Part shown: in pieces, positions 45,193-61,784 of the stretch
Layout: every line of letters begins with the position of its first letter
How positions within the stretch are numbered: the first letter of the stretch is position 1
NCBI RefSeq assembly: GCF_024298765.1
Contig: NZ_CP101210.1
Source of the DNA: Escherichia coli
Lineage (GTDB): Bacteria > Pseudomonadota > Gammaproteobacteria > Enterobacterales > Enterobacteriaceae
DNA length: 64,000 bases
Reading direction: 5' to 3' (one strand)
Position numbers and translations under genes: made by a program
Notes under the pieces: generated by a model
Seen by the model: only the letters and a program-made list of their open reading frames with translations
Database searches by the model: none
Told to the model about the DNA's origin: nothing

Positions 45193-45935
45193 TGCAGACC
45201 CAGGTCCTTTTTGAACATCCACTAAATGAAAAAATGCGTACATGGCTGCGCATTGAGTTTTTAATTCAACAACTCACCGTAAATTTGCCCGTCGTTGACT
45301 ACGCTGGCGCTCTGCATTTCTTCCGCAATGTCAGTGAATTGCTGGATGTTTTCGAGCGCGGCGAAGTCCGCACTGAGTTGTTGAAAGAACTTGACCGGCA
45401 GCAACGTAAACTCCAGACCTGGATTGGCGTGCCTGGCGTGGACCAGAGCCGTATTGAAGCATTAATTCAGCAGTTAAAAGCGGCGGGGAGCGTATTAATT
45501 TCCGCGCCCCGTATCGGGCAATTTCTGCGTGAAGATCGTTTGATTGCCCTGGTGCGTCAGCGACTGAGCATCCCCGGCGGCTGTTGTAGCTTTGATTTAC
45601 CTACATTGCACATTTGGCTGCATCTACCCCAGGCGCAGCGCGACAGCCAGGTAGAAACCTGGATTGCCAGCCTGAACCCGCTCACCCAGGCACTTACCAT
45701 GGTGCTGGATTTAATTCGCCAGTCGGCCCCCTTCCGTAAACAAACCAGCCTGAATGGTTTTTATCAGGATAACGGTGGCGATGCCGACTTGCTGCGCCTG
45801 AATCTGTCACTCGATTCACAGCTTTATCCGCAAATTTCCGGTCATAAGAGCCGTTTTGCCATTCGTTTTATGCCGCTGGACAGTGAAAACGGACAGGTAC
45901 CGGAACGTCTGGATTTCGAACTGGCCTGTTGCTAA
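45192..45935 (+). CDS. zapD: cell division protein ZapD (Z-ring associated)
   Basis: 247-aa ORF recognised as ZapD/YacF; start overlaps the coaE stop. Confidence 0.9.
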   Translation: MQTQVLFEHPLNEKMRTWLRIEFLIQQLTVNLPVVDYAGALHFFRNVSELLDVFERGEVRTELLKELDRQQRKLQTWIGVPGVDQSRIEALIQQLKAAGSVLISAPRIGQFLREDRLIALVRQRLSIPGGCCSFDLPTLHIWLHLPQAQRDSQVETWIASLNPLTQALTMVLDLIRQSAPFRKQTSLNGFYQDNGGDADLLRLNLSLDSQLYPQISGHKSRFAIRFMPLDSENGQVPERLDFELACC

Positions 45936-45944
45936 GGAGTAAAA

Positions 45945-46142
45945 ATGTCAGAAACTATTACGGTGAATTGCCCAACCTGCGGGAAAACGGTGGTGTGGGG
46001 TGAAATCAGCCCGTTTCGGCCATTTTGCTCCAAACGTTGTCAGCTGATCGACCTCGGAGAATGGGCTGCTGAAGAAAAACGAATCCCCAGCAGTGGCGAT
46101 CTTTCCGAAAGCGATGACTGGAGCGAAGAGCCAAAGCAGTGA
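45945..46142 (+). CDS. yacG: DNA gyrase inhibitor YacG (zinc finger)
   Basis: 65-aa ORF with CPTC...C..C zinc-binding pattern. Confidence 0.9.
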
Positions 46143-46149
46143 CATTTTA

Positions 46150-46356
46150 TCTGATGCGACGCTGGCCTGATAAGACGCGGGCAGCGTCGCATCAGGCATC
46201 GTGTGCAAATGTCGGATGCGGCGGGAACGCCTTATCCGACCTACAAGACCTTACATATCAACATGTTAAAATTGTAGATACTGATAAGACGCGCCAGCGT
46301 CGCATCGGGCATCTTGTGCAAATGTTGGATGCGGCATAAACGCCTATCCGACATAC
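46150..46356. repeat. cluster of about four REP units (BIME) between yacG and mutT; the last unit overlaps the mutT stop
   Basis: repeated gatgcgacgctg...cagcgtcgcatc and g(t)cggatgcggcg..aacgcctatccgacctac units read from the sequence. Confidence 0.8.
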
Positions 46357-46742
46357 ACACGCTTAAGCTTCGCAAGTACCGGTTCATTGGCTGGCGGAAA
46401 ATCATCGGCATTCAGACCGACCAGCGACATCCACTCACCGGGTTGCCCTTCTTTACCCCACGGCTCCCCTTCCCAGCTTTCGACCAGCCAGAACCACAGT
46501 GTTATATGCCTGTCCGGGAATTCATATTCCAGTATTTCAAATAGCGAAAAATGTTGTGGGGTAATCCCGACTTCTTCCTGAAGTTCACGCACCACCGCCT
46601 GTTCCGGCGTTTCACCCATTTCAATTTTACCGCCGGGAAACTCCAGTTTATTCGCCATGTGCGCATCTGCGGCGCGACGCGTTATAAAGATTTTATTGTT
46701 CTCGTTGCGAATAATACCTACCGCAATTTGCAGCTTTTTCAT
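46344..46742 (-). CDS. mutT: 8-oxo-dGTP diphosphatase (Nudix)
   Basis: 132-aa ORF with Nudix box GGKIEMGETPEQAVVRELQEEVGI; last codons and stop lie inside a REP unit. Confidence 0.9.
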   Translation of the reverse strand: MKKLQIAVGIIRNENNKIFITRRAADAHMANKLEFPGGKIEMGETPEQAVVRELQEEVGITPQHFSLFEILEYEFPDRHITLWFWLVESWEGEPWGKEGQPGEWMSLVGLNADDFPPANEPVLAKLKRVYVG

Positions 46743-46756
46743 TGTCTTAAACCTAT

Positions 46757-46786
46757 AAAAAAGGCGCAGAATCCTGCGCCTTTTAC
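46757..46786 (-). terminator. stem-loop with U-tract downstream of secA (aaaaggcgcaggattctgcgcctttttt on the - strand)
   Basis: read directly from the sequence. Confidence 0.65.
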
Positions 46787-46801
46787 TTCAATTGTTAGCT
46801 T

Positions 46802-49507
46802 TTATTGCAGGCGACCATGGCACTGCTTGTATTTTTTACCAGAACCGCACGGGCAAGGATCATTACGTCCAACTTTGCGTTCACCGGTTTGTGCCGCCAG
46901 TGCAGCTGCGGCTGCAGAGTCGTCATCCTGATGGCTAAGCTGCTGCATTTGCGCTAAACGCTCGGCTTCCATACGACGCTGTTGTTCCAGCTCTTCAACC
47001 TCTTCAGGCATACGTACCTGGACTTTGCTCAGCGTGCTGATGACTTCATATTTCAGCGACTCCAGCATCGCTGCAAACATGGAGAACGATTCACGTTTGT
47101 ATTCCTGCTTCGGATCTTTCTGTGCATAGCCACGCAGGTGGATACCTTGACGCAGATAATCCATCGCCGCCAGGTGCTCTTTCCACAGGGAGTCAAGCGT
47201 TTGCAGCATGACGCCTTTCTCGAAGTGACGCATCATCTCAGCGCCAACCACTTCTTCTTTACGCTGATACACTTCGATGGACTGCGCCAGAATACGCTCA
47301 CGCAGCGTCTCTTCATGCAGTTCTGGCTCTTTGTCCAGCCACTCGGCAATCGGCAAATCGAGGTCGAAATCGTTCTTCAGACGTTCCTGCAGCCCCGGAA
47401 TATCCCACATTTCTTCCAGCGACTGTGGCGGAATGTAGGCATCAATGGTCGCTTTGAACACATCTTCACGAATGCTGTTGATGGTTTCACTCACATCGCT
47501 GACATCCAGCAGTTCGTTACGCTGGGAGTAAATGGCGCGACGCTGATCGTTAGCCACGTCATCATATTCCAGCAGTTGCTTACGAATGTCGAAGTTACGG
47601 CTTTCAACTTTACGCTGGGCGTTGGCAATCGCTTTGGTCACCCACGGGTGCTCGATGGCTTCGCCTGGTTTCATACCCAGTTTACGCATCATGCCGGAAA
47701 CACGGTCAGAAGCAAAAATACGCATCAGCGCATCTTCCATCGACAGGTAGAAACGTGAAGAACCGGCATCCCCCTGGCGCCCAGAACGACCGCGTAGCTG
47801 GTTATCGATACGACGAGATTCGTGACGTTCTGTACCGATGATATGCAGACCACCTGCAGCCAGTACCGCATCGTGACGCACCTGCCAGTCGGCTTTGATT
47901 TTTTCAATTTGCTCTGCGGTCGGATTTTCCAGCGCGGCAACTTCTGCCTGCCAGCTACCACCGAGCACAATATCTGTACCACGACCCGCCATGTTAGTCG
48001 CGATAGTCACCGCCGCCGGATAACCCGCTTGTGCAACAATCGCTGCTTCGTTAGCGTGGAATTTGGCGTTCAGAACGTTGTGTTTGATACCGGCTTTGGT
48101 CAGCTCGTTTGACACCAATTCCGATTTTTCGATGGAGATAGTACCCACCAGCACTGGCTGGCCCTTCGCAGTACGCTCTTTGATATCTTCGATGATCGCC
48201 TGGATTTTTTCTGCTTCAGTCATATAGACCAGATCTGGCAGATCTTTACGAATCATCGGACGGTTGGTTGGAACAACAACGGTATCCAGTTTGTAGATTG
48301 AGCTAAATTCGAAAGCTTCGGTATCAGCAGTACCGGTCATGCCCGCCAGTTTTTCATACAAACGGAAGTAGTTCTGGAAGGTGATCGACGCCAGCGTCTG
48401 GTTTTCGTTCTGGATCTGTACTCCTTCTTTCGCTTCCACTGCCTGATGCAGGCCATCGGACCAACGACGTCCCTGCATGGTACGACCGGTGTGTTCGTCA
48501 ACGATGATAACTTCACCATCTTTAACGATGTAGTCGACGTCTCGGGTAAACAGCGCATGAGCGCGCAGCGCCGCCGTTACGTGGTGCATCAGCATGATGT
48601 TGGCCGGAGAGTACAGAGACTCCCCTTCATCCATGATGCCTTCTTTCACCAGCAGTTCTTCAATCAGCACCAGACCACGTTCGGTCAGGTTCACCTGGCG
48701 AGATTTTTCGTCCACCGAGAAGTGGCCTTCGCCCTGGAAGGTTTCGGAGTCTTCTTTTTCCTGACGGATCAGGTGCGGAATAATTTTATTCACGCGTTTA
48801 TACATTTCCGAGCTGTCTTCTGCCGGGCCGGAAATGATCAGCGGTGTACGCGCTTCATCGATCAGGATGGAGTCCACTTCGTCCACCAGCGCATAGTGCA
48901 GTTTACGCTGTACACGTTCTTCAGGGCTGAACGCCATGTTATCGCGCAGGTAGTCAAAGCCGTATTCGTTGTTCGTACCGTAAGTGATGTCAGCTGCGTA
49001 AGCTTCGCGCTTTGCCGGTGCTGGCATGCCCGGCAGGTTGATGCCGACTGTCAGGCCGAGGAATTCAAACAACGGACGGTTGTTTTCGGCGTCACGTTGC
49101 GCCAGGTAATCGTTGACGGTAACAACGTGTACCCCCTTACCGGTTAATGCGTTCAGGTAAGCAGGCAGCGTTGCGGTCAGGGTTTTACCTTCACCGGTAC
49201 GCATTTCCGCGATGCAGCGTTCGTTAAGAACCATACCGCCGAGTAACTGAACGTCGAAGTGACGCATACCAAAGACGCGCTTACTTGCCTCACGCACCAC
49301 AGCGAAAGCTTCTGGGATCAGATTTTCCAGCACTTCGCCTTTTTCCAGACGTGCACGAAACTCTGCGGTTTTCCCTTTCAGTTCTTCGTCGGAGAGTTTT
49401 TCCATCTCCGGTTCCATGGCATTGATGATGTTGACGACTTTGCGCATCCGGCGCAGGGTGCGATCGTTACGACTACCGAAAACTTTAGTTAATAATTTGA
49501 TTAGCAT
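46802..49507 (-). CDS. secA: preprotein translocase ATPase SecA
   Basis: 901-aa ORF recognised as SecA, including the C-terminal zinc-binding [14 protein letters not shown]. Confidence 0.97.
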   Translation of the reverse strand: MLIKLLTKVFGSRNDRTLRRMRKVVNIINAMEPEMEKLSDEELKGKTAEFRARLEKGEVLENLIPEAFAVVREASKRVFGMRHFDVQLLGGMVLNERCIAEMRTGEGKTLTATLPAYLNALTGKGVHVVTVNDYLAQRDAENNRPLFEFLGLTVGINLPGMPAPAKREAYAADITYGTNNEYGFDYLRDNMAFSPEERVQRKLHYALVDEVDSILIDEARTPLIISGPAEDSSEMYKRVNKIIPHLIRQEKEDSETFQGEGHFSVDEKSRQVNLTERGLVLIEELLVKEGIMDEGESLYSPANIMLMHHVTAALRAHALFTRDVDYIVKDGEVIIVDEHTGRTMQGRRWSDGLHQAVEAKEGVQIQNENQTLASITFQNYFRLYEKLAGMTGTADTEAFEFSSIYKLDTVVVPTNRPMIRKDLPDLVYMTEAEKIQAIIEDIKERTAKGQPVLVGTISIEKSELVSNELTKAGIKHNVLNAKFHANEAAIVAQAGYPAAVTIATNMAGRGTDIVLGGSWQAEVAALENPTAEQIEKIKADWQVRHDAVLAAGGLHIIGTERHESRRIDNQLRGRSGRQGDAGSSRFYLSMEDALMRIFASDRVSGMMRKLGMKPGEAIEHPWVTKAIANAQRKVESRNFDIRKQLLEYDDVANDQRRAIYSQRNELLDVSDVSETINSIREDVFKATIDAYIPPQSLEEMWDIPGLQERLKNDFDLDLPIAEWLDKEPELHEETLRERILAQSIEVYQRKEEVVGAEMMRHFEKGVMLQTLDSLWKEHLAAMDYLRQGIHLRGYAQKDPKQEYKRESFSMFAAMLESLKYEVISTLSKVQVRMPEEVEELEQQRRMEAERLAQMQQLSHQDDDSAAAAALAAQTGERKVGRNDPCPCGSGKKYKQCHGRLQ

Positions 49508-49568
49508 AATAAAATCTCAAACGCCCCGCGTTGCGGAGTCAATAAAATGAAGTAAAGGTTTATTGTTG

Positions 49569-50249
<681 letters not shown>

Positions 50250-50311
50250 TCATCTGGCCGGAGAGAGTGCCAGATTTGCCAGTCGAATTTTATACGACAG
50301 TATAAATGTCG

Positions 50312-51250
<939 letters not shown>

Positions 51251-51329
51251 CTATCCAACCGAAGTGTACTATACATTCGGCGGGCCAGTTTAGCACAAAG
51301 AGCCTCGAAACCCAAATTCCAGTCAATTC

Positions 51330-52481
51330 TTAATCAGCTTGCTTACGCAGGAATGCTGGGATATCCAGATAATCCGGCTCTTTCGCAGTTTGCGGTGCGT
51401 TGTCATTCACGACTTTAGCAACCGGTTTCTGCTCCTGAGTCAGCGGTGCCATCCCGTGCTGCTGGTAGCGATCCATCACTGGCTGCTGAACCTGCTTATT
51501 GGTCACCAGGGTGATTTCAGGACGTTTGTCCATACCGATACCTGTCGCAACAACGGTTACGCGCAGCTCGTCATTCATATCCGGGTCAAGAGAAGTACCG
51601 ATAACGACAGTTGCGTTGTCGGATGCAAATGCACGGATGGTGTTACCTACCGTTTCGAACTCATCCAGACGCAGGTCGAAGCCCGCCGTGATGTTAACCA
51701 GCACGCCGCGCGCGCCAGACAGATCGATATCTTCCAGCAGCGGAGAGGAGATAGCCATTTCAGCAGCTTCTTCCGCACGGTCTTCGCCGCTCGCCACACC
51801 AGAACCCATCATTGCGTAGCCCATTTCAGACATTACGGTACGTACGTCTGCAAAGTCCACGTTCATCAGGCCTGGACGAGTAATCAGTTCAGCGATACCT
51901 TGCACAGCACCTTTCAGTACATCGTTCGCTGCGCCAAATGCATCCAGCAGGGAGATACCGCGGCCCAAGACTTTCAGCAGTTTGTCGTTAGGGATAGTGA
52001 TCAGAGAGTCCACATGCTTGGACAGTTCAGTGATCCCCTGCTCAGCGAATGCCATACGCTTCTTGCCTTCAAAGTTGAAAGGCTTAGTCACGACAGCAAC
52101 GGTCAGGATCCCCAAATCTTTTGCCACTTCAGCGACAACTGGTGCTGCACCAGTACCGGTACCACCACCCATACCCGCAGCAATAAAGACCATGTCTGCA
52201 CCTTCCAGCGCCGCACGCAGTGCATCGCGATCCTCATCAGCCGCATTACGGCCAACTTCTGGATTTGCGCCAGCTCCCAGTCCTTTGGTGATACCGCTAC
52301 CGATTTGAATCGTCTGTCCAACCGCTGTTTTACGCAGCGCTTGTGCATCGGTATTTACCGCGAAGAATTCAACACCTTCAATGCGCTCGCGCACCATGTG
52401 TTCAACAGCATTACCGCCGCCGCCGCCGACGCCGATGACTTTAATCACCGCGTCATTGGTAAGTTCCATTGGTTCAAACAT
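51330..52481 (-). CDS. ftsZ: cell division GTPase FtsZ
   Basis: 383-aa ORF; tubulin signature GGGTGTG. Confidence 0.97.
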
Positions 52482-52541
52482 AGTTTCTCTCCGATTTGTG
52501 CCTGTCGCCTGAGGCCGTAATCATCGTCGGCCTCATAAAAA

Positions 52542-53804
52542 TTAAAACTCTTTTCGCAGCCAACTATTGAGTCGCTTGATCCACGAGCCAACTGATGCTG
52601 TAACACGTTTTTCTACTTCAGCTTCACCGTTAAGATGTGACTCTTTCCCATAGTGAAGCAATCCCACCGCCGTCGAATAATACGGCTCCTGAGCATAATC
52701 CGTTAAACCGGTAATGTTCAGCGGCGCGCCGATACGCACTTGCGTATGAAACACGCGCTGAGCACAGGCTGCAAGACCTTCGATCTGCGCTGCGCCACCA
52801 GTTAAAACAATGCCTGCCGCCAGGTGATGTTTAACCCCTTGTTGGCGAAGCTTTTCCTGCAACTGCAATATCTCTTCGTTGACCAGGTTGAGCAGCTCGG
52901 TATAGCGCGGCTCGATCACCTCTGCCAGGGTCTGACGTTGCAGACTCCGCGGTGGACGACCGCCTACGCTCGGCACTTCCACGCTCTCATCTTTTCCAAC
53001 GATGGAACCCAGCGCACAACCGTGGCGAACTTTAATCGCTTCGGCGTCGCTTGGCGGCGTGCCAAAGGCGTAAGCGATATCACTGGTCACGACATTGCCA
53101 GCATAAGGAATTACCTTAGTGTGGCGCAATGCCCCACCGGTATAAACGGCGATATCCATTGTACCACCACCGATATCGACGACGCAGACACCCAGTTCAC
53201 GTTCATCTTCCGTCAATACCGAATAACTTGATGCCAGTCCGGCAAATATCAGTTGGTCAACTTTCAACCCACAACGTTCAACCGCTTTGACGATGTTTTT
53301 CGCCATATCGTTGTGACATGTGATCAGGTGCACTTTTGCCTGCATCCGCACGCCCGAAAGTCCTACCGGATTCTTGATCCCTTCCTGATAGTCAATCGCA
53401 TACTCTTGCGGGATCACATGCAGCACACGATGCTCATCGCGCACACGCACCGATTTCGCGGTATGGACGACGTTTTCCACATCTTCTTGCGTCACTTCTT
53501 CTTCAGAAATAGGCACCATACCAATTTCATTCTGGCAGCTGATGTGCTTACCAGAAAGCGCCAGATATACCGAAGAGATCTGACAATCTGCCATCAATTC
53601 TGCCTGGTCAATGGCGCGTTGTACGCACTTGACCACGGATTCGAGGTCGTTCACCCCGCCTTTATCCATACCACGCGACGGGCAGCTGCCCACGCCAATG
53701 ATATTGACCATACCGTCGGGCAGAACTTCCCCTACTAAAGCGGCAACCTTCGCGGTACCAATCTCCAGTCCTACTACCAGTTTTCTGTCCGTCGCCTTGA
53801 TCAT
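52542..53804 (-). CDS. ftsA: cell division protein FtsA (actin-like ATPase)
   Basis: 420-aa ORF recognised as FtsA. Confidence 0.97.
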   Translation of the reverse strand: MIKATDRKLVVGLEIGTAKVAALVGEVLPDGMVNIIGVGSCPSRGMDKGGVNDLESVVKCVQRAIDQAELMADCQISSVYLALSGKHISCQNEIGMVPISEEEVTQEDVENVVHTAKSVRVRDEHRVLHVIPQEYAIDYQEGIKNPVGLSGVRMQAKVHLITCHNDMAKNIVKAVERCGLKVDQLIFAGLASSYSVLTEDERELGVCVVDIGGGTMDIAVYTGGALRHTKVIPYAGNVVTSDIAYAFGTPPSDAEAIKVRHGCALGSIVGKDESVEVPSVGGRPPRSLQRQTLAEVIEPRYTELLNLVNEEILQLQEKLRQQGVKHHLAAGIVLTGGAAQIEGLAACAQRVFHTQVRIGAPLNITGLTDYAQEPYYSTAVGLLHYGKESHLNGEAEVEKRVTASVGSWIKRLNSWLRKEF

Positions 53805-54631
53805 TGTTGTTCTGCCTGTGCCTGATTTTGTTGCTGAGTAGATTCCTCTGGCGGCAAGGGCGCCCAGCCTACTGCCGCTCCAGAGTCATAACGCAAATCA
53901 ACGTAGCTAATCCGTTTGCCATCGGTTTGCGCCTGCTGCTGTAAAACCGGATAAAGTTCTACAAAGCGAGCCAAACGTTTCATCGTATCGCCCCGGCCAA
54001 GATTGAGCTTAATATCGTTATTCAGCGTCAACTGCCAGGAACGCCGCGCGGTCATCGCCGCTTCCTTCAGAGTAAATCTGTCCTTTGCCAGCATCTGCCC
54101 CATTTCGCGATAGCCCTGCAACACTTCATTGGCGCTGCCTTCCGGGCCATACAGCATTGGAAGCACCTGCTTGCTGGTGCGATCTGGCGGCACGCTGAAA
54201 GTGTTTCCTTCCGCGTCTACCATATGTTGATCATTCCACCGCGCAATCGGCACATATTCAACCAGATGAATCTTCAATTCATCAGGCCACTGCTTTCTGA
54301 CGCTCACCTGCTTAATCCACGGCAGGCGTTGTTCTATTTGCGTCTGGATGATGTTGACATCCTGGGTCATAAAGGTACCTGGCTCACCCAATGCCAGGAT
54401 CGACTGCCGGATATCGTCATTACGCGTGTAATGGCGTTCACCGGTCAACACCAGCTTTGAGAGCGGCAGGCGTTGCGCATCTTCCATCCAGCCCAACACG
54501 ACCCAGCCGCTCACCAACACTGTCGTTAAAACGGTCAGCAGGAAAAGGATCCCCGCCAGACGCGTTCCATTATTGCGGCGAGAAGAAACCTCTTCTTCGC
54601 TGTTTCGCGTGTTCAGAGCAGCCTGCGACAT
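53801..54631 (-). CDS. ftsQ: cell division protein FtsQ
   Basis: 276-aa ORF; 4-nt overlap with the ftsA start. Confidence 0.95.
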   Translation of the reverse strand: MSQAALNTRNSEEEVSSRRNNGTRLAGILFLLTVLTTVLVSGWVVLGWMEDAQRLPLSKLVLTGERHYTRNDDIRQSILALGEPGTFMTQDVNIIQTQIEQRLPWIKQVSVRKQWPDELKIHLVEYVPIARWNDQHMVDAEGNTFSVPPDRTSKQVLPMLYGPEGSANEVLQGYREMGQMLAKDRFTLKEAAMTARRSWQLTLNNDIKLNLGRGDTMKRLARFVELYPVLQQQAQTDGKRISYVDLRYDSGAAVGWAPLPPEESTQQQNQAQAEQQ

Positions 54632-54632
54632 A

Positions 54633-57021
<2,389 letters not shown>

Positions 57022-57074
57022 TCTTTACGCCATTAACTTCTTAAATTCATACGATGCAAAAGGCATCGCTACAA

Positions 57075-58142
57075 TTACGCCCGGGCAGCCCGGCTCACTT
57101 CATTTGCCACTCGCTCGGTGGCATCCGGAATGGATGCGGCGCGGGCGCGTTCTGCCATGGTTAATAAGGTTTCTCGCGACCACCCGGCCAGGGTGTTGGC
57201 GACAGCATCCACGCTAAGCTGTGGCTGCTCGATAATTTTGGCTGCGCCCGCTTTTTCCAGCGGTAGCGCATTCCAGTATTGCTGGCGGTCTTTATGTTGA
57301 AACGGCACAAACAACGCCGGTAGTCCTGCCGCGGCGATTTCACTCACCGTTAACGCACCGGAGCGGCAAACGACGACATCCGCCCACGCATACGCCGCCG
57401 CCATATCATCAATAAATTCCGTCACTTTATGCTGCGGTTGCCCCGCTTCGGCATACGCCTGTTCAACGGATTGTTGCGAACCTTTACCGCTCTGATGCCA
57501 GATAGTGACTGAATCACCCAGTTTCGCAGCAACCTGCGGCATTGTCTGGTTAAGAATGCGTGCGCCCTGGGAACCACCCACTACCAACACACGAACCGGA
57601 CCTTCACGTCCAGCCAAACGTTGCTGCGGCAACGGCAGCGCCAGCACATCGGTACGCACCGGGTTACCCACCACTTCCGCATTAGGGAAAGCGCCTGGAA
57701 ACGCCTGCATCACTTTGGTGGCAATCTTCGCCAGCCATTTATTGGTTAATCCCGCAATACCGTTTTGTTCATGAAGCACAACCGGAATACCTAACGACCA
57801 CGCGGCCAGACCACCTGGACCTGATACGTAGCCGCCCATACCGAGCACCACGTCAGGTTTGTACGCTTTCATAATCGCCCGCGCCTGACGCCAGGCGTTG
57901 AAGATACGCAGCGGGGCAGCTATCAGTGCTTTTATACCTTTTCCACGCAGACCAGAGATACGAATGAAATCAATTTCGATGCCATGTTTTGGCACTAAGT
58001 CCGCTTCCATACGGTCGGCAGTCCCCAGCCAGCGAACTTGCCAACCCTGAGCCATTAGATGGTGCGCAACCGCCAGTCCCGGGAATACATGTCCACCGGT
58101 TCCGCCTGCCATCACCATTAATCGCTTTCCTTGACCACTCAT
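57075..58142 (-). CDS. murG: UDP-GlcNAc:undecaprenyl-PP-MurNAc-pentapeptide GlcNAc transferase
   Basis: 355-aa ORF recognised as MurG. Confidence 0.95.
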
Positions 58143-59383
58143 CGTGAACCTCGTACAAACGCCTGCGCTTTCTCCAGACGCGTTTCATAATCAATACGCA
58201 ACAGCATCATGATGGCTGTCGACATAATCAATAAGCTCGAACCACCGTAACTGATCAGCGGCAATGTCAGACCTTTGGTCGGTAACATCCCCGCCGCCGC
58301 GCCTACGTTAACCAGCGCCTGGAAACTAAACCAGATACCAATAGAACAGGCGAGAAAACCGGAAAAACGGTGGTCAATTTCTAATGCTTTGCGGCCAATC
58401 GACATCGCGCGAAAAGCGACGAAGAATACCATTAAAAGTGCCAGCACCACACCGACATACCCCAGTTCTTCGCCGATAATGGCGAAAATAAAGTCAGTGT
58501 GCGCTTCCGGCAGATACTCCAGTTTTTGTACCGAGTTACCTAAACCTTGTCCCCACAGTTCACCGCGACCAAACGCCATCAACGATTGCGTTAACTGATA
58601 GCCGCTGCCAAAGGGATCTTCCCACGGATTCCAGAATGCGGTAACACGGCGGATACGGTACGGTTCGGCGAGGATCAGCAACACAACCGCTGAAATGCCC
58701 ATACCGATAATGGCAATGAACTGCCACAATTTCGCTCCCGCCAGGAACAACATCGCCAGCGTAGTCACAAACAACACCACCACCGTACCAAGGTCTGGCT
58801 GTGCCAGCAGTAACACTGCCAACACCAGAATTACGCCCATCGGTTTCAGAAAGCCGCGCAGGTTATTACGTACTTCGTCGCCTTTACGCACCAGATAGTT
58901 GGCGATATAGCAAAACAGCGACAGTTTTGTCAGCTCCGCAGGCTGAATACGCAGCAAACCGAGATCGATCCAACGCGATGCCCCTTTAACCGAGCTACCC
59001 ACTACCAGAACGATCATCAGCAGGATGATAGATCCGAGCAGCATCGTGGCACTGTAGCGTTGCCAGAACTCCATCGGCAGACGCAGCGTAATGATCGCCA
59101 GAATGAATGCCAGGATCAGATAGACGCCATCACGCTTCGCGAAGAAGAACGGATCGTTGGTTAAGCGTTGCCCTATGGGCATTGACGCCGAGGTCACCAT
59201 GATAAAGCCAATCGCCGCGAGGCCGAAGGTCAGCCACAGTAAGGTGCGATCGTACATGATCAGGCTGTCGGTATCTTTTTCCCGCGAGCCCATCACCCAG
59301 CCCTTTAGCGCCGTGGAGATCCAGACCAGAATACTGAATCCTGGCAGGCGCGGCATTTTCAGGCGAGGGAGAGATAAACGCAT
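58139..59383 (-). CDS. ftsW: peptidoglycan glycosyltransferase FtsW (SEDS family)
   Basis: ORF 58139..59386 trimmed to the ATG at 59383 ([16 protein letters not shown], 414 aa); 4-nt overlap with the murG start. Confidence 0.95.
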
Positions 59384-60699
59384 CAACCTAACTCCTTCGC
59401 CAGACGGGCAAACTCATTGCCTCGTTGTTCAAAGTTCTTGAACTGATCAAGGCTGGCACAGGCCGGGGAGAGCAGAACCATATCGCCCGGCTGAACACGC
59501 GGAGCCAGCAAGCGCATCGCCTGTTCCATGGTTTCGGTTTGTTCTGCCACTTCCGGGCGTAGCGCCGCCAGCTGCGCGCCGTCCCGACCGAAACAATACA
59601 GACGTACGTTATCGCCATTCAGGTAACGCGCCAGTGGGCTAAAATCTGCCGATTTACCATCGCCGCCCAGCAACAAATGCAGCGTGCCGTCTACGTGCAG
59701 GCCATTCAGTGCCGCTTCCGTACTGCCGACGTTGGTCGCTTTTGAATCGTTAATCCAGCGCACACCGTTATGCTCCAGCACAACTTCAAAGCGATGCGGC
59801 AGACCAGTGAATGTGGTTAATGCTTTCAGGCTGCTGGCTCGCGGCAAACCAGCGGCATCTGCCAGTGCCAGAGCTGCCAGTGCATTGGTGTAGTTATGCT
59901 GCCCGGAAAGTTTCATTTCTTTCACGTTCAGCACTTTCTCGCCTTTCACCCGCAGCCAGGTTTCACCCTGCTGATGATTCAGGTGATAGTCACCCATGTT
60001 GACGCCAAAGCTGACGCAGCGTTCATCCGCACCGCGAATCGGCATTGTTAAGGCATCATCAGCATTAACCACGCAAATTTTTGCGTTTTCGTAAATGCGC
60101 AGTTTTGCTGCACGATACTGTTGTAAACCAAACGGATAGCGATCCATATGATCTTCAGTCACGTTCAGAATGGTCGCTGCTACCGCCTGTAAACTGGAGG
60201 TGGTTTCAAGCTGGAAGCTCGACAGCTCCAGCACGTACAGTTCGCACTCATCATCCAGCAGCATCAACGCAGGCAGGCCAATATTGCCACCCACACCAAC
60301 GTTAACCCCCGCCGCTTTCGCCATTTCACCCACTAGCGTGGTGACCGTGCTTTTGCCGTTAGAACCGGTGATCGCCACAATCGGTGCTTGTGCTTCACGA
60401 CAGAACAGCTCGATATCGCCAACGATTTCGATTCCGGCATCAGCGGCAGCGCTTAAGGATGGATGCGCCAGTGCAATACCGGGACTGGCGACAATCAGAT
60501 CGGCCGCCATCAGCCATTCATCATTCAGACCGCCCGTGTGGCGTTCTACAGCTTCGGGTAATTTATCCAGGCCAGGCGGTGTCATACGCGTATCCATAAC
60601 GCGCGGCGTCACACCGCGAGCGAGGAAAAAGTCCACGCAAGAAAGCCCGGTGAGGCCCAGGCCGATAATGACGACATTTTTACCCTGGTAATCAGCCAT
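59383..60699 (-). CDS. murD: UDP-N-acetylmuramoylalanine--D-glutamate ligase
   Basis: 438-aa ORF recognised as MurD; its stop shares 1 nt with the ftsW start. Confidence 0.95.
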
Positions 60700-60701
60700 G
60701 A

Positions 60702-61784
60702 TTAACGTACCTTCAGCGTTGCCAGACCAATCAGGACCAGCATCAGCGAAATAATCCAGAAACGTACAATGACGCGCGGTTCCGGCCAGCCTTTCAGTTC
60801 ATAGTGGTGATGAATCGGTGCCATGCGGAAAATACGTTGTCCGCGCAGTTTAAAGGAGCCGACCTGCAGGATGACAGAAAGCGTTTCTACCACGAACACG
60901 CCCCCCATAATCACCAGCAGGAATTCCTGACGTAGCAGTACGGCGATAATGCCTAACGCACCACCTAACGCCAGCGAACCGACATCGCCCATAAAGACCT
61001 GCGCCGGATAGGTGTTAAACCACAGGAAGCCCAGTCCTGCCCCGACTATCGCGGTACAGACAATAACCAGTTCCCCGGCGTGTCGCAGATACGGTATGTG
61101 TAAATAGCTGGCAAAGTTCATGTTGCCGGTCGCCCACGCCACCAGCGCAAAACCACCGGCGACAAATACGGTCGGCATAATTGCCAGACCGTCAAGACCA
61201 TCGGTCAGGTTTACCGCGTTGCCAGTACCCACAATGACGAAGTAAGCCAGCAGAATGTAGAACAGCCCCAGTTGCGGCATCACATCTTTAAAAAATGGGA
61301 CCACCAGCTGCGTTGCGGGCGTGTCTTTGCCAACAAGGTACAGCGCGAAGGCGACACCCAGCGCAATGACCGACATCCAGAAATACTTCCAACGAGCGAT
61401 CAACCCTTTGGTGTCTTTACGCACTACTTTGCGATAATCATCAACAAAGCCAATAACACCGTAACCTACCAGCACTACCAACACGCACCAGACGTACGGA
61501 TTGGACGGGTAAGCCCACAGCAGTACGGAGATCACAATCGCTGTCAGGATCATAATCCCGCCCATGGTCGGCGTACCGCGCTTGCTGAAGTGTGATTCAG
61601 GACCGTCGTTACGCACCACCTGACCAAAGGAAAGTTTTTGCAAATGAGCAATCATGCGCGGGCCCATCCACAATGAGATGAACAGCGCAGTCAGCAGGCT
61701 GACGATGGCGCGAAACGTCAGATAGGAAAAGACGTTAAAGCCGGAATAATATTTGACCAAATGTTCGGCCAGCCAAACTAACAT
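60702..61784 (-). CDS. mraY: phospho-N-acetylmuramoyl-pentapeptide transferase
   Basis: 360-aa multi-TM ORF recognised as MraY. Confidence 0.95.
   Translation of the reverse strand: MLVWLAEHLVKYYSGFNVFSYLTFRAIVSLLTALFISLWMGPRMIAHLQKLSFGQVVRNDGPESHFSKRGTPTMGGIMILTAIVISVLLWAYPSNPYVWCVLVVLVGYGVIGFVDDYRKVVRKDTKGLIARWKYFWMSVIALGVAFALYLVGKDTPATQLVVPFFKDVMPQLGLFYILLAYFVIVGTGNAVNLTDGLDGLAIMPTVFVAGGFALVAWATGNMNFASYLHIPYLRHAGELVIVCTAIVGAGLGFLWFNTYPAQVFMGDVGSLALGGALGIIAVLLRQEFLLVIMGGVFVVETLSVILQVGSFKLRGQRIFRMAPIHHHYELKGWPEPRVIVRFWIISLMLVLIGLATLKVR

Noticed and set aside
51339-52520. 393-aa ORF on the + strand
   Set aside because: Antisense to ftsZ; no independent support
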